In this document: one piece after another, positions 1-11,177 of the stretch
Layout: each line of letters starts with the position of its first letter
Numbering within the stretch: the first letter of the stretch is position 1
Origin: an uncultured Eubacteriales bacterium
GTDB taxonomy: Bacteria; Bacillota; Clostridia; Christensenellales; Borkfalkiaceae
Direction: 5' to 3'
DNA: 64,000 nucleotides
Assembly: GCA_900320065.1 (NCBI GenBank)
Contig: ONQV01000003.1
Span: 590 to 64,589 of the forward strand
Notes under the pieces: model-generated
What the model was told of the DNA's origin: nothing
The model's database searches: none
Seen by the model: the letters and a program-made list of their open reading frames with translations, nothing else
Translations under genes and position numbers: made by a program

Positions 1-395
1 CTGGGTCAGGCTTTCGCCCATTGCCCAATATTCCCTACTGCTGCCTCCCGTAGGAGTCTGGACCGTATCTCAGTTCCAATGTGGCCGATCACCCTCTCAG
101 GTCGGCTAACCATCGTCGACTTGGTAGTCCGTTACACCACCAACTATCTAATGGTACGTGAGCCCATCTATATCCGATAAATCTTTTACCCCTGTGGGAT
201 GCCCCACTGTGGTCTTATGCGGTATTAGCACAGATTTCTCTGTGTTATTCCCCAGACATAGGCAGGTTGCTCGCGCGTTACTCACCCGTCCGCCGCTAAC
301 TTATGGGAGCAAGCCCCCATAAGTCCGCTCGACTTGCATGTATTAAGCACACCGCCAGCGTTCGTCCTGAGCCAGAATCAAACTCTTGAGTTAAT
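1..395 (-). rRNA. rrs: 16S rRNA, 5' ~390 nt (gene continues past the left window edge)
   Basis: Reverse complement contains AGAGTTTGATTCTGGCTCAG (27F site, 367-386) and ACTCCTACGGGAGGCAGCAG (38-57). The 5' end is approximate. Confidence 0.95.
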
Positions 396-557
396 GATTT
401 AAAGCCGAGAAACGTATTTCTCAACTGCTCTAACGAATTTCGCTTTTAATTGCGTTTTGTCATTTTAATGACTGTTTTCAAAGTACATATTTCATACTTC
501 AAAGATTTTGACAGAAACTTTCAAAATAACTATTATTTTGTCTTATTTCCTTCTATT

Positions 558-573
558 CAGTTTTTAAACAACG
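558..573 (-). promoter_or_regulatory. boxA-like antitermination element in the rRNA leader
   Basis: Minus strand reads CGTTGTTTAAAAACTG, close to the remembered B. subtilis rrn boxA TGTTCTTTGAAAACTA. It lies between the promoters and the 16S 5' end. Confidence 0.3.
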
Positions 574-633
574 TTCCGTCAACTTCGGTTGACGTTTGCC
601 GAAAACAAGCGGTTCGCTTGCGACAGCCTACTT

Positions 634-662
634 ATAATACCATAGTCCATTTTTTAAGTCAA
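634..662 (-). promoter_or_regulatory. rrn promoter P2 (sigma-A type)
   Basis: Minus strand TTGACT-17 nt-TATTAT, with TG two nt upstream of the -10. Confidence 0.6.
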
Positions 663-845
663 GCGTTTTTTTAGGGTTTTTAAAGATTTTTTTAAGAATT
701 TTGCAATCTTTTTTCGCCCCACAAAATATTGTGTTTTTTATTGCACGAAAAACACAAGTTTTTGATTTTGACGCTTAAAATCGTTTGAAAAATTCTTGCG
801 ATTTCGGATTTAGGTATTAAATTCCTTCAAAAGAAGGTAATTGTG

Positions 846-874
846 ATTATAAACGAAAACTTTTTTATTGTCAA
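846..874 (-). promoter_or_regulatory. rrn promoter P1 (sigma-A type)
   Basis: Minus strand has the perfect consensus TTGACA-17 nt-TATAAT. Confidence 0.7.
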
Positions 875-970
875 TAGTTTTAAGAAAAAAAGTATGAAAA
901 TATTAAGTTATTTTTTGTTCTGACCATTGTTTGCCTATTTCTCAAAATTTAACTATACATTATATAATAT

Positions 971-1008
971 ATAAAAACGCGCCGAAAGCGATTTTCGCTT
1001 TCGGCGCG
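971..1008 (-). terminator. Intrinsic terminator of the lipoprotein gene
   Basis: 13-bp GC-rich stem CGCGCCGAAAGCG/CGCTTTCGGCGCG, followed by TTTTT on the minus strand. Confidence 0.8.
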
Positions 1009-1045
1009 CGGTCTATTCGTTGTAATTTATAGCGTTAAAACTAAT

Positions 1046-1972
1046 TTACGCTCTTAATAACGCTTGCATCATTACGGACATGTCGATATAGTCTTTATCT
1101 TCTTCGATACCTTCGGGTACGGACACTTTACCGGTGTATCCCTTAAAAGTAAGTTCAGCGGTCAAATCGCCGTCGGCGGATTTAACGTTCGCTTCGATTT
1201 TAAGCGCGATAAGATTATAACTTTCGTCGTAAACGAGATAAACGGTAACGTTGGTTTCCGATCCTTCTTCTTCGTCCGCGATTTTGATTTCCGCTTTGAC
1301 TTTCTTGTTTTCGGCGTCTATGTAAATCTTTAAGTTATCGCCCGCTTCTTCTTTTGCGCTGATAAGCATTTCCAGCACGTTGCCGTTCAACGCTTCCACC
1401 ACAGCGCCACCGGAGATTTCGCTGTTTTCGGTAATTTCACCGATAGGAAGATTTTTCATTACTCCCTGAATACCCGCGTCAAGATCTACGGGCAGTTTCA
1501 TTTTAACGTCGTTTTTAGCGTCCGCTTGCGTATTTGCACTCATCATTGCGGCATCTATTTTACCGGTTACATAAACGAATTTATCTTTATAATAAATCTT
1601 CGCATCAACGTCCGCATTATTTGCTTTATCTTCGTCTTTGGTTGCCGTGATCTTTGCTTTGACCGAACCTTCCGCAGTTAATTTTGGGGCAGTCGGATCC
1701 GTAGTATCGAGCGTCGCCTTGATTGTTGCGGAAACGTCCATCTTCTTACCTTCCGCAGTGCCTTTGACGCTTACCGAAAGGTCTGCACCGTTACCGAAAG
1801 TAACGACTTTATTTTCAGCATTTTCGGTTGCCGCCGCAAATTCCTGAACTTCGGTCGAATCCGCAGACACTTCTTTGTAGTTGCCGTTGAACGTTGCGTC
1901 TCCGCAACCGAACATGCAAGCCGTGCCGATAACGAGTACCAAGCACAATAACATAGTTACGAGTTTTTTCAT
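1046..1972 (-). CDS. Hypothetical lipoprotein (308 aa)
   Basis: Signal peptide plus lipobox (MKKLVTMLLCLVLVIGTACMFGC-G). SD AAGGAG lies upstream. No family recognised. Confidence 0.75.
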   Translation of the reverse strand: MKKLVTMLLCLVLVIGTACMFGCGDATFNGNYKEVSADSTEVQEFAAATENAENKVVTFGNGADLSVSVKGTAEGKKMDVSATIKATLDTTDPTAPKLTAEGSVKAKITATKDEDKANNADVDAKIYYKDKFVYVTGKIDAAMMSANTQADAKNDVKMKLPVDLDAGIQGVMKNLPIGEITENSEISGGAVVEALNGNVLEMLISAKEEAGDNLKIYIDAENKKVKAEIKIADEEEGSETNVTVYLVYDESYNLIALKIEANVKSADGDLTAELTFKGYTGKVSVPEGIEEDKDYIDMSVMMQALLRA

Positions 1973-2105
1973 TTTATATATGCTCCTTTTAATTTTTTCA
2001 CCGTTTCAAATCCGTTAAGGCCGTACTTATCCGTTGCGCAAGCAACGGATAAGGGGATATCCCCTTAAAATTTTCAGACGTTCTTAAATTTCGTTGATTT
2101 TTTAT

Positions 2106-2134
2106 ATTATGACACTTTCCGACAATTTTGTCAA
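2106..2134 (-). promoter_or_regulatory. Promoter of the lipoprotein gene
   Basis: Minus strand TTGACA-17 nt-CATAAT with extended TGn. It leaves a ~130-nt leader. Confidence 0.6.
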
Positions 2135-2261
2135 TAAAAAATAAAAATTTGTAAGCAAACCTTTGGCGCACTTTTGCCCGTCATACGGCGGACGACCCGC
2201 GTTATTGCGGAATACTCGGATATACCAAACGCGGCTACCTGTCCTTGCAGGTAGCCGCGTT

Positions 2262-2337
2262 TGGTGCATCCGGCGAGGCTCGAACTCGCAACGGAGGCGT
2301 CGGAGGCCTCTGTTTTATCCAATTAGACTACGGGTGC
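2262..2337 (-). tRNA. tRNA-Arg (anticodon CCG), CCA encoded
   Basis: Reverse complement GCACCCGTAGTCTAATTGGATAAAACAGAGGCCTCCGACGCCTCCGTTGCGAGTTCGAGCCTCGCCGGATGCACCA folds as a cloverleaf. Anticodon loop is CU-CCG-AC and the T-loop is TTCGAGC. There is one C4:A69 acceptor mismatch. Confidence 0.85.
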
Positions 2338-2376
2338 GTGATTTTGCGCGCTTTTGTTAAGCGCGCAATGATAATT

Positions 2377-3645
2377 TTATTCTTCCGTTTCGGGCTCTTT
2401 TACGGTAACTTTGACTTGTAATATCCGTTTTACCGTCGCTTTCATTATCTCTATTTCCAAATTAAGGTAACGGAACTTAAAGCCCGTTTTTGGGATTTCG
2501 CCTATTCGCTCTATAAGCCAGCCGCTCAAAGTCGTCGTGTCGAACTTTTCTTCTTCGCCGCCCAAAGCAAAGTGCGCGAAAAATTCCGAAAGCGGAGCGT
2601 TACCGTCAACAAGCGTTGCACCGCCCGTTTTCCTGAAATAATTTATCTCTTCGTCGTGCTCGTCCCATATTTCGCCGACGAGTTCTTCCAAAACGTCTTC
2701 CAAAGTGATTATGCCCGCCGTGCCGCCGTATTCGTCCAGAACCACTGCAAGATGCACTTTCTTTTTCTGCAACTGTTTGAGCAGGTTGGATATTTTTATA
2801 TGTTCGGTGGTAAACACCGCGGGTTGCATAATGTTTTTTACGTTCTTTTCGCCCGCAAGGTAAGCCGAAAAAAAGTCCTTTTCGTGAATAGTGCCGATTA
2901 TTGTATCTATTGCGTTTCTGTACACGGGCAAACGCGAATAGCCTTCTTTGTCAAAGACCTTTTTTATTTCTTCCATCGAAGAATCGACGTCCACCGCGAC
3001 GATATTGACCCGCGGGACTAAAATATCGCCGACTTCCACGTCGTCGAACTCTATTACCGAACGGATAAGCCGCGTTTCGTCCTTTCTTATCGTGCCGTCT
3101 TCTTCGGCTTCTTCGACGACGGTCATAATTTCTTCTTCGGTTATCTTATCTTCGTCTTTTATGCGGAAGATTTTAGCGAGCAACCATTTCCACCCGCCGA
3201 AAATAACGTTGAAAACGTATAATACCCAAAAGAAGAATACGGTAAGGGGATAAAAGTTCATCGCAAATTTTTCGGGATACGCGGCGGCGAAAAATTTTGG
3301 CGTTATTTCGCCGAATATAAGCACCGTAAGCGTAACGACTATCGTTGCGATAAGCGAAGGGTTGACGCTTGTGTCCGAAAGTATCCGCGTAAAAAACACC
3401 GTGGCGAGAGTCGCCGTGGTGATATTCACGATATTGTTGCCGACAAGAATTGTAGAAAGCAATTTGTCGAATTTGTTTTCCGCAATATCCAGCGTTTTGG
3501 CGGCGCGCTTGTTGCCGCCCCCTGCGAGCGCGCGGAGTTTTATTCTGCTTGCGCAGGAAAACGCGGTTTCCGCCGCGGAGAAAAACCCCGACAGCAAAAC
3601 CAAAACTATTAAAGCGATAAGTAGCGGAACGGAGCCTTCCGGCAT
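2377..3645 (-). CDS. CNNM/HlyC-CorC family transporter (DUF21 TM domain + CBS pair + CorC_HlyC)
   Basis: 422 aa. N-terminal 4-TM DUF21-like region (SGFFSAAETAF), a central CBS pair and a C-terminal transporter-associated domain. SD GGGGGA. Confidence 0.8.
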   Translation of the reverse strand: MPEGSVPLLIALIVLVLLSGFFSAAETAFSCASRIKLRALAGGGNKRAAKTLDIAENKFDKLLSTILVGNNIVNITTATLATVFFTRILSDTSVNPSLIATIVVTLTVLIFGEITPKFFAAAYPEKFAMNFYPLTVFFFWVLYVFNVIFGGWKWLLAKIFRIKDEDKITEEEIMTVVEEAEEDGTIRKDETRLIRSVIEFDDVEVGDILVPRVNIVAVDVDSSMEEIKKVFDKEGYSRLPVYRNAIDTIIGTIHEKDFFSAYLAGEKNVKNIMQPAVFTTEHIKISNLLKQLQKKKVHLAVVLDEYGGTAGIITLEDVLEELVGEIWDEHDEEINYFRKTGGATLVDGNAPLSEFFAHFALGGEEEKFDTTTLSGWLIERIGEIPKTGFKFRYLNLEIEIMKATVKRILQVKVTVKEPETEE

Positions 3646-3766
3646 AAAATCCCCCTTAAATTAAAATCTACGGTGATATAATTATATATGTAATCGCGGA
3701 AAATATCAAGTAATTTACGATAATTGCGTGCGAAGTTGTGTTTTTTAACAAAATGTGCTATTATAA

Positions 3767-4870
<1,104 letters not shown>

Positions 4871-4886
4871 AATTTAATATAGTTTT

Positions 4887-4915
4887 CGCCCCCGCAGGCG
4901 TTGCCTGCGGGGGCG
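4887..4915. terminator. Bidirectional hairpin between convergent mnmA and purL
   Basis: CGCCCCCGCAGG...CCTGCGGGGGCG perfect stem between two convergent stop codons. The U-tracts are weak. Confidence 0.6.
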
Positions 4916-4933
4916 TAAGTTTATTTTGGTTTT

Positions 4934-7900
4934 TTATTTGCCCTTAAAATACTTGACTGCGGACAGGAACAGTTTTATATCGTAATTCCCCGCGACGTTT
5001 TTGTATAAACCTTTACCTATACGTTCGCTGTGTCCCATTTTGCCGAGCACCCTGCCGTCCTTACTCGTGATACCTTCTATCGCGTACGCCGAGCCGTTGG
5101 GATTGAACCTTATATCCATCGTGGCGTTTCCGTCAAAATCGACGTACTGCGTGGCTATCTGCCCGTTTGCGGCAAGTTCCTTTATCTGTTTTTCACTCGC
5201 CAAAAATCTGCCTTCGCCGTGAGAGATAGGCACGGTGAACACGTCGCCGACGTTGACTTCTTTAAGCCACGGCGACTTGGTGGACGCCACTCTCGTTCTC
5301 ACGAGCCGCGACTGGTGGCGACCTATCGTGTTAAAGGTTAAAGTCGGCGAGTTTTCGTCGGTATCTATTATATCGCCGTTAGGTACGAGCCCTAATTTTA
5401 TAAGCGCTTGGAAACCGTTGCATACGCCCGCCATAAGCCCGTCGCGCTTATATAAAAGATTGCGTATCTCTTCCTTTACCGCCGCGTTGCGCATAAACGC
5501 CATTATGAATTTGCCCGAACCGTCGGGTTCGTCGCCGCCCGAAAATCCGCCGGGGATAAATATCGCCTGCGCCGAACGCGCCTTACGCGCAAAATCTTCC
5601 ACGCTGTTTTCTATCGTTTCCTTCGTCATATTGTTTACGACGAAAATATCCGCTTCGCCGCCCGCTCTCACGATCTCTTTCGCCGTGTCGTACTCGCAGT
5701 TCGTTCCGTAAAATACGGGTATTAAAAATTTCGGTTTCGCGCAGAAATCCTTGGGCGCGTAAAACTCTTTACTTTCGTAAGAAAACGTTTCGGTTTTTGC
5801 GTACTCTTTTTCTTCGAGAGTGGGATATACGCTTTCGAGTTTGGCGCGGTACGCGTTAAAGAGTTCGGAAATTTCCACCGTAGATTTACCGAGCGTTATC
5901 TTGCCGTCAGCGGTAATTTCGCCGAGCGGCACTCCCGTTTCTTCGCCCGTTTCTATAACGAACGCACCGTAATTATACCCGAAAATATCTTCCGCCTTTA
6001 CGCCGTCCGCAAACTTAAAGCCGAAATCGCCGCCGAGACAGGCTTTAAACACGCCTTCCGCGATCCCGCCGAAAGTCGGCGTAAACGCCGAATAAATTTT
6101 ACCCTTTTTAACGAGTGCGAAAACCGCCGCGGCGTTTGCCTTAACGGACTTTGCCGTCGGCAACCCGTCTTTATCCGTTTCGGACAACAACAATCTTACC
6201 TTATGCCCCGCCGCCTTAAAATCGTTGGATATGACGTTTTTGATTTTGCCGGTAGTTACCGCAAAGGAAACGAGCGTCGGTGGAACGTCGATATTTTCAA
6301 AACTTCCGCTCATGCTGTCCTTACCGCCGATAGCGGCTACGCCGTAATCTATCTGCGCCCTGTACGCGCCGAGAAGAGCGGCGAAAGGCTTGCCCCAACG
6401 TTTGGGGTCTGAAAATGGCTTTTCAAAATATTCCTGAAAAGTAAGATAGGTATCGCTTAAATCCGCGCCCGCGGCTACGAGTTTCGCAATGCTTTCGGTT
6501 ACCGAAAGATACGCGCCGTGATAGGGGCTTTTTACGAAAATTTCGGGATTATACCCCCACGCCATAAAAGAACAGTCGTCCGTGTCGCCGTTTTCAACGG
6601 ATATTTTGTTTACCATAGCTTGAATAGGCGTCCTTTGGGTCTTTCCGCCGAACGGCATAAGCACCGTGCCCGCGCCGATAGTCGAATCGAATCGTTCCGA
6701 AAGCCCCCGCTTATCGCAGACGTTTAAGTCGGAAACGAGTTTCATATATTCGGACTTAAAGTCCGCCGTTTTCGGTTTATCGAAAGCAAGCGGTTTTTCC
6801 GTTTCCACGGTTATATGTTTTTCCGCGCCGTTTGAATTCAAAAACTCACGGGAAATATCAACTATCGTTTCGCCCTTCCAGAACATTTTAAGCCGAGCGG
6901 TATCGGTAACGGTCGCGATGACCGTACCTTCGGTGTTTTCCGCTTTGGCGAGCGCAAGAAATTCTTTAACGTCCGCTTTATCGACGACCACCGCCATCCT
7001 TTCCTGCGATTCGGAAATGGCGAGTTCCGTGCCGTCAAGCCCTTCGTACTTTTTGGGAACGGCGTCAAGGTTTATATCGAGTCCGTCCGCAAGTTCGCCT
7101 ACGGCGACGGAAACGCCGCCCGCGCCGAAATCGTTGCACCGCTTTATCATTTTAGCGACTTTCGGGTTTCTGAAAAGCCGCTGTAATTTTCTTTCTTCGG
7201 GCGCGTTGCCTTTCTGAACTTCCGCGCCGCAGTTTTCTACCGATTTAAGATTGTGCGCTTTTGACGAACCCGTCGCACCGCCGATACCGTCCCTGCCCGT
7301 TCTGCCGCCTAAAAGTATGACGACGTCGCCCGAAACGGGGCGTTCTCTTTTTACGTTTTCCTTGGGTGCCGCCGCTATGACAGCGCCTATTTCCATACGC
7401 TTTGCCGCGTAACCCGCGTTATATACTTCGTCGACTATGCCCGTGGCGAGTCCTATCTGGTTACCGTAGGAAGAATACCCCGCCGCCGCTGTCTGACAAA
7501 TCTTTCTTTGGGGAAGTTTGCCTTTTAAGGTTTCGGAAACGGGAACCGTCGGGTCAGCCGCGCCCGTTACTCGCATCGCCGCGTAAACGTACGCCCTGCC
7601 CGAAAGCGGGTCGCGTATCGCGCCGCCGATACAGGTCGCAGCGCCGCCGAACGGTTCTATTTCCGTGGGGTGGTTGTGCGTTTCGTTTTTAAAAAGCAAC
7701 AGCCACGGCTCTTTTTTTCCGTCTCTTTCTATCTCTATGTTTACGGTACAGGCGTTTATTTCTTCGGACTCGTCGAGTTTATCGAGTTGCCCGCGCTTTT
7801 TTAAGACTTTCGCCGCAAGCGTGCCTATATCCATAAGATTTACGGGCTTACTTCTCTCGATTTCTTTTCTGCCCGCAAGGTATTCGTCATAAGCGTTCTG

Positions 7901-8620
7901 TAAAATCGCGTCGTTAAACTTAACGCCGTCAATCGTCGTCAAAAAAGTCGTATGGCGACAATGATCCGACCAGTAAGTATCTATAACCTTTATTTCGGTT
8001 ATCGTGGGGTCGCGCTTTTCGCTTAAAAAATAATCCCTGCAAAACTCGGCGTCGTTTAGATCCATCGCAAGCCCTTTTTCCGCGATAAATTTTTTAAGCG
8101 CATTCTCGTCCATCGCGGTAAACCCTTTCACCGTATCGACGCGCGTCGGAACGCGGTAGTTCACGGTAAGCGTTTCGGGTTTTTCCATACCCGCTTCGCG
8201 CGAATCGACGGGGTTTATAAGGTACTTTTTCGCGGAGAGAATATCTTCTTCCGAAATATCTCCCGAAAAAACGTACACCTTCGCGGTGCGCACGACGGGA
8301 TTTTCGCCAAGCGAAGAGATACGTATGCACTGTTCGCCCGAATCCGCACGCTGGTCGAACTGCCCCGGAAGATATTCCGCGGCAAACACCGCGTCGCCCG
8401 TCGGCAAATCGTAATAAACGTCGTCGAGTTGCGGCTCGGAAAACACCGTTTTAACCGCTTGATCGAACTGATTTTCGGAAAGGTTTTCCACGTCGTAACG
8501 GTTAAAAAGCCGTACACCGTTAAGCCCTTTTATGCCGAGCAGATTTTTAAGTTCCCCGTAAACGCTTTGCGCTTCGTTATCGAGTCCTTTTTTCTTTTCC
8601 ACAAAAACGCGGTATACCAT
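4934..8620 (-). CDS. purL: Phosphoribosylformylglycinamidine synthase, single-chain large form
   Basis: 1228 aa. AIR-synthase-like repeats plus a C-terminal type-1 glutaminase (GVCNGFQ, HGEGR). Confidence 0.95.
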   Translation of the reverse strand: MVYRVFVEKKKGLDNEAQSVYGELKNLLGIKGLNGVRLFNRYDVENLSENQFDQAVKTVFSEPQLDDVYYDLPTGDAVFAAEYLPGQFDQRADSGEQCIRISSLGENPVVRTAKVYVFSGDISEEDILSAKKYLINPVDSREAGMEKPETLTVNYRVPTRVDTVKGFTAMDENALKKFIAEKGLAMDLNDAEFCRDYFLSEKRDPTITEIKVIDTYWSDHCRHTTFLTTIDGVKFNDAILQNAYDEYLAGRKEIERSKPVNLMDIGTLAAKVLKKRGQLDKLDESEEINACTVNIEIERDGKKEPWLLLFKNETHNHPTEIEPFGGAATCIGGAIRDPLSGRAYVYAAMRVTGAADPTVPVSETLKGKLPQRKICQTAAAGYSSYGNQIGLATGIVDEVYNAGYAAKRMEIGAVIAAAPKENVKRERPVSGDVVILLGGRTGRDGIGGATGSSKAHNLKSVENCGAEVQKGNAPEERKLQRLFRNPKVAKMIKRCNDFGAGGVSVAVGELADGLDINLDAVPKKYEGLDGTELAISESQERMAVVVDKADVKEFLALAKAENTEGTVIATVTDTARLKMFWKGETIVDISREFLNSNGAEKHITVETEKPLAFDKPKTADFKSEYMKLVSDLNVCDKRGLSERFDSTIGAGTVLMPFGGKTQRTPIQAMVNKISVENGDTDDCSFMAWGYNPEIFVKSPYHGAYLSVTESIAKLVAAGADLSDTYLTFQEYFEKPFSDPKRWGKPFAALLGAYRAQIDYGVAAIGGKDSMSGSFENIDVPPTLVSFAVTTGKIKNVISNDFKAAGHKVRLLLSETDKDGLPTAKSVKANAAAVFALVKKGKIYSAFTPTFGGIAEGVFKACLGGDFGFKFADGVKAEDIFGYNYGAFVIETGEETGVPLGEITADGKITLGKSTVEISELFNAYRAKLESVYPTLEEKEYAKTETFSYESKEFYAPKDFCAKPKFLIPVFYGTNCEYDTAKEIVRAGGEADIFVVNNMTKETIENSVEDFARKARSAQAIFIPGGFSGGDEPDGSGKFIMAFMRNAAVKEEIRNLLYKRDGLMAGVCNGFQALIKLGLVPNGDIIDTDENSPTLTFNTIGRHQSRLVRTRVASTKSPWLKEVNVGDVFTVPISHGEGRFLASEKQIKELAANGQIATQYVDFDGNATMDIRFNPNGSAYAIEGITSKDGRVLGKMGHSERIGKGLYKNVAGNYDIKLFLSAVKYFKGK

Positions 8621-9888
8621 TATTTATCCCCTGCTTTAAGCGCCCTTGCGCCTATATCCTTTCTGTAATACGCGTTTGCAAAGGAAACTTTTTTGACCTT
8701 TGCGTACGCCTTGTCTATCGCTTCTTTCAAGGTTTCGCCCTTTGCCGTAACGCCTAAAACCCTGCCGCCGTCGGTAACTAATTTTCCGTCCTTTAATTTA
8801 GCCCCCGCAAAGTACACGCCGTCCTTTACTTCGTCCGCTACGGTTATTTCGTAACCCTTTTCGTATGCGGAAGGATACCCCTTCGACGCCATTATAACGC
8901 AACAGGCGTAGCCGTCTTCAAATTCCACGGGGGTTTTATCAAGAGTCCCGAAAGTTGTCGCCTTCATCACCGTTAAAAGGTCGCTTTTAAGGAGTGGCAG
9001 AACGACCTGCGTTTCAGGGTCGCCGAAACGGCAGTTGTATTCGATAACTTTCGGACCGTTTTCGGTAAGCATAAGCCCGAAATACAGACAGCCCTTAAAA
9101 GTCCTGCCTTCTTTATTCATAGCGTCAATCGTAGGAATAAAGATTTCCCGCATACACCTTGCGGCGATTTCGTCGGTATAATACGGGTTAGGCGCGATTG
9201 TGCCCATACCGCCCGTGTTAAGTCCCTTATCGCCGTCCAAAGCGCGCTTATGGTCCATAGAAGAAACCATCGGCACGACGGTTTTGCCGTCGGTAAAGGT
9301 TAAAACGGAAACTTCGGGTCCCGTTAAAAACTCTTCGACGACGATTTTGGCGCCGCTTTCGCCGAACACCTTGTCTTCCATCATGGATTTAACGGCGGAC
9401 TGCGCCTCTCTAAGACTTTCGGCGATAATAACGCCCTTGCCGAGCGCAAGTCCGTCCGCTTTTATAACGAGCGGAAAACTTTCGCCCGAAATATAATCGA
9501 GCGCGGCTTTTTCGTCGGTAAACACCTTGTATTTCGCGGTAGGAATACCGTACTTTTGCATAAGGTCTTTTGAAAACGCCTTACTGCCTTCTATGATCGC
9601 CGCTTTTTTATCCGGTCCGAAACAAGGTATTCCCGCGGCGGAAAGTTTATCCACCGTGCCGAGCACCAACGGGTCGTCGGGCGCGACTATCGCGTAATCG
9701 ATACCCGATTTCGCCGCAAAATCCACGATTTTATCCGTTTCCTTTGCACCGATGGGAACGAGCGTAGCGTCGTCCGCCATACCGCCGTTGCCTGGAAGAA
9801 CGAATATCTCCGACACTTCCTTGTTTTTCTTTATCGCTTTAACTATGGCGTGCTCTCTTCCGCCGCCGCCTACAACGAGAATTTTCAT
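8620..9888 (-). CDS. purD: Phosphoribosylamine-glycine ligase
   Basis: 422 aa. MKILVVGGGGREHA N-terminus and an ATP-grasp core. Confidence 0.95.
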   Translation of the reverse strand: MKILVVGGGGREHAIVKAIKKNKEVSEIFVLPGNGGMADDATLVPIGAKETDKIVDFAAKSGIDYAIVAPDDPLVLGTVDKLSAAGIPCFGPDKKAAIIEGSKAFSKDLMQKYGIPTAKYKVFTDEKAALDYISGESFPLVIKADGLALGKGVIIAESLREAQSAVKSMMEDKVFGESGAKIVVEEFLTGPEVSVLTFTDGKTVVPMVSSMDHKRALDGDKGLNTGGMGTIAPNPYYTDEIAARCMREIFIPTIDAMNKEGRTFKGCLYFGLMLTENGPKVIEYNCRFGDPETQVVLPLLKSDLLTVMKATTFGTLDKTPVEFEDGYACCVIMASKGYPSAYEKGYEITVADEVKDGVYFAGAKLKDGKLVTDGGRVLGVTAKGETLKEAIDKAYAKVKKVSFANAYYRKDIGARALKAGDK

Positions 9889-9905
9889 TTATTAGCCTTA
9901 AAACT

Positions 9906-11147
9906 TTAACTGTAAATAGGATATTTTTCGCAAAGAGCGATAACTTCCGCCGTAATTCTGTCCTTAACGCCGTCGAAGTCCGTCGCGATCTCTCTCATCC
10001 ACACGGCGATCTTTTTCATTTCTTCTTCCTTAAATCCGCGCGAAGTAACGGCGGGCGTTCCCACCCTTATACCGCTCGTGATAAAGGGTTTTTCGGGGTC
10101 GTTCGGAATAGCGTTCTTATTGACGGTGATATGCACTTCGTCAAGACGCTTTTCCATTTCTTTGCCCGTTATGCCGAACGGACGAAGGTCGATAAGCATA
10201 AGGTGATTGTCCGTACCGCCCGAAACTATCTTAAATCCTTCTTTTAAGAGTTCTTTACTCAAAGTCTGCGCGTTAGCAACGATTTGCTTTTGGTATTCTT
10301 TGAATTCGGGCTTTAACGCTTCGCCGAGCGCGACAGCCTTTGCCGCGATAATGTGCATTAAAGGTCCGCCCTGCGTTCCGGGGAATACCGCCTTATCGAT
10401 TTTAGCGCCCAACTCTTCTTTGCAGAGAATAAGTCCGCCGCGCGGGCCGCGAAGAGTTTTATGCGTGGTCGTCGTAACCACGTCCGCGTAAGGCACGGGG
10501 CTTTCGTGAAGTCCCGCCGCGACTAGTCCCGCGATGTGCGCCATATCTACCATAAGGTACGCGCCCACGCTGTCCGCTATTTCGCGCATCTTCTTAAAGT
10601 CGATGGCGCGGGAGTACGCCGAAGCCCCCGCGATTATCATTTTGGGCTTACACTCTCGTGCTATCCTTCCGATATCGTCGTAATCGAGCCTTTCGGTTTC
10701 GCTCGAAACGCCGTAAGGCACGATATTGAAATATTTGCCCGAAATGTTTACGGGTGCGCCGTGAGATAGATGCCCGCCGTTTGCAAGATTTAACCCCATA
10801 ACCGTATCGCCCGGGTTTACGAGCGCGAAGAATACCGCTAAATTCGCGTTTGCGCCCGAGTGGGGCTGAACGTTGGCGTATTCCGCGCCGAATAATTTTT
10901 TAGCACGCTCCCTTGCGATATTCTCCACTATATCGACGTACTGACAGCCGCCGTAATAACGCTTTGCGGGAAAACCTTCCGCGTACTTGTTTGTAAGCAC
11001 CGTTCCCGCCGCGAGCAGCACCGCTTTCGACACTATGTTTTCGGAAGCGATAAGTTCTATATTGTGTTGCTGGCGTTTTAGTTCCAAATCGCACGCCGCG
11101 TATACTTCTTCGTCGTAATTTTTAAGTTCTTCAAAAAAATTCTTCAT
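9906..11147 (-). CDS. glyA: Serine hydroxymethyltransferase
   Basis: 413 aa. PLP site [14 protein letters not shown]. Embedded in the pur operon. Confidence 0.95.
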   Translation of the reverse strand: MKNFFEELKNYDEEVYAACDLELKRQQHNIELIASENIVSKAVLLAAGTVLTNKYAEGFPAKRYYGGCQYVDIVENIARERAKKLFGAEYANVQPHSGANANLAVFFALVNPGDTVMGLNLANGGHLSHGAPVNISGKYFNIVPYGVSSETERLDYDDIGRIARECKPKMIIAGASAYSRAIDFKKMREIADSVGAYLMVDMAHIAGLVAAGLHESPVPYADVVTTTTHKTLRGPRGGLILCKEELGAKIDKAVFPGTQGGPLMHIIAAKAVALGEALKPEFKEYQKQIVANAQTLSKELLKEGFKIVSGGTDNHLMLIDLRPFGITGKEMEKRLDEVHITVNKNAIPNDPEKPFITSGIRVGTPAVTSRGFKEEEMKKIAVWMREIATDFDGVKDRITAEVIALCEKYPIYS

Positions 11148-11177
11148 TTATTTATCTCCTTAAAGTTTAATACAATA

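Noticed and set aside
450-674. 74-aa plus-strand ORF in the 16S upstream region
   Set aside because: It lies inside the rRNA leader and promoter region, has no SD, and has low-complexity AT-rich codons. It is almost certainly non-coding.
2262-2337. C4:A69 acceptor-stem mismatch in tRNA-Arg(CCG) as a sign of a pseudogene
   Set aside because: All other stems, the anticodon loop, the T-loop and the encoded CCA are intact. A single mismatch is tolerated in real tRNAs, so it is kept as a functional tRNA.
6666-7217. 183-aa plus-strand ORF antisense to purL, and similar antisense ORFs at 11878-12393, 18887-19480 and 33999-34523
   Set aside because: They are Ser/Pro/Ala-rich mirror-frame translations of well-supported minus-strand genes. 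They have no SD and no independent signals.
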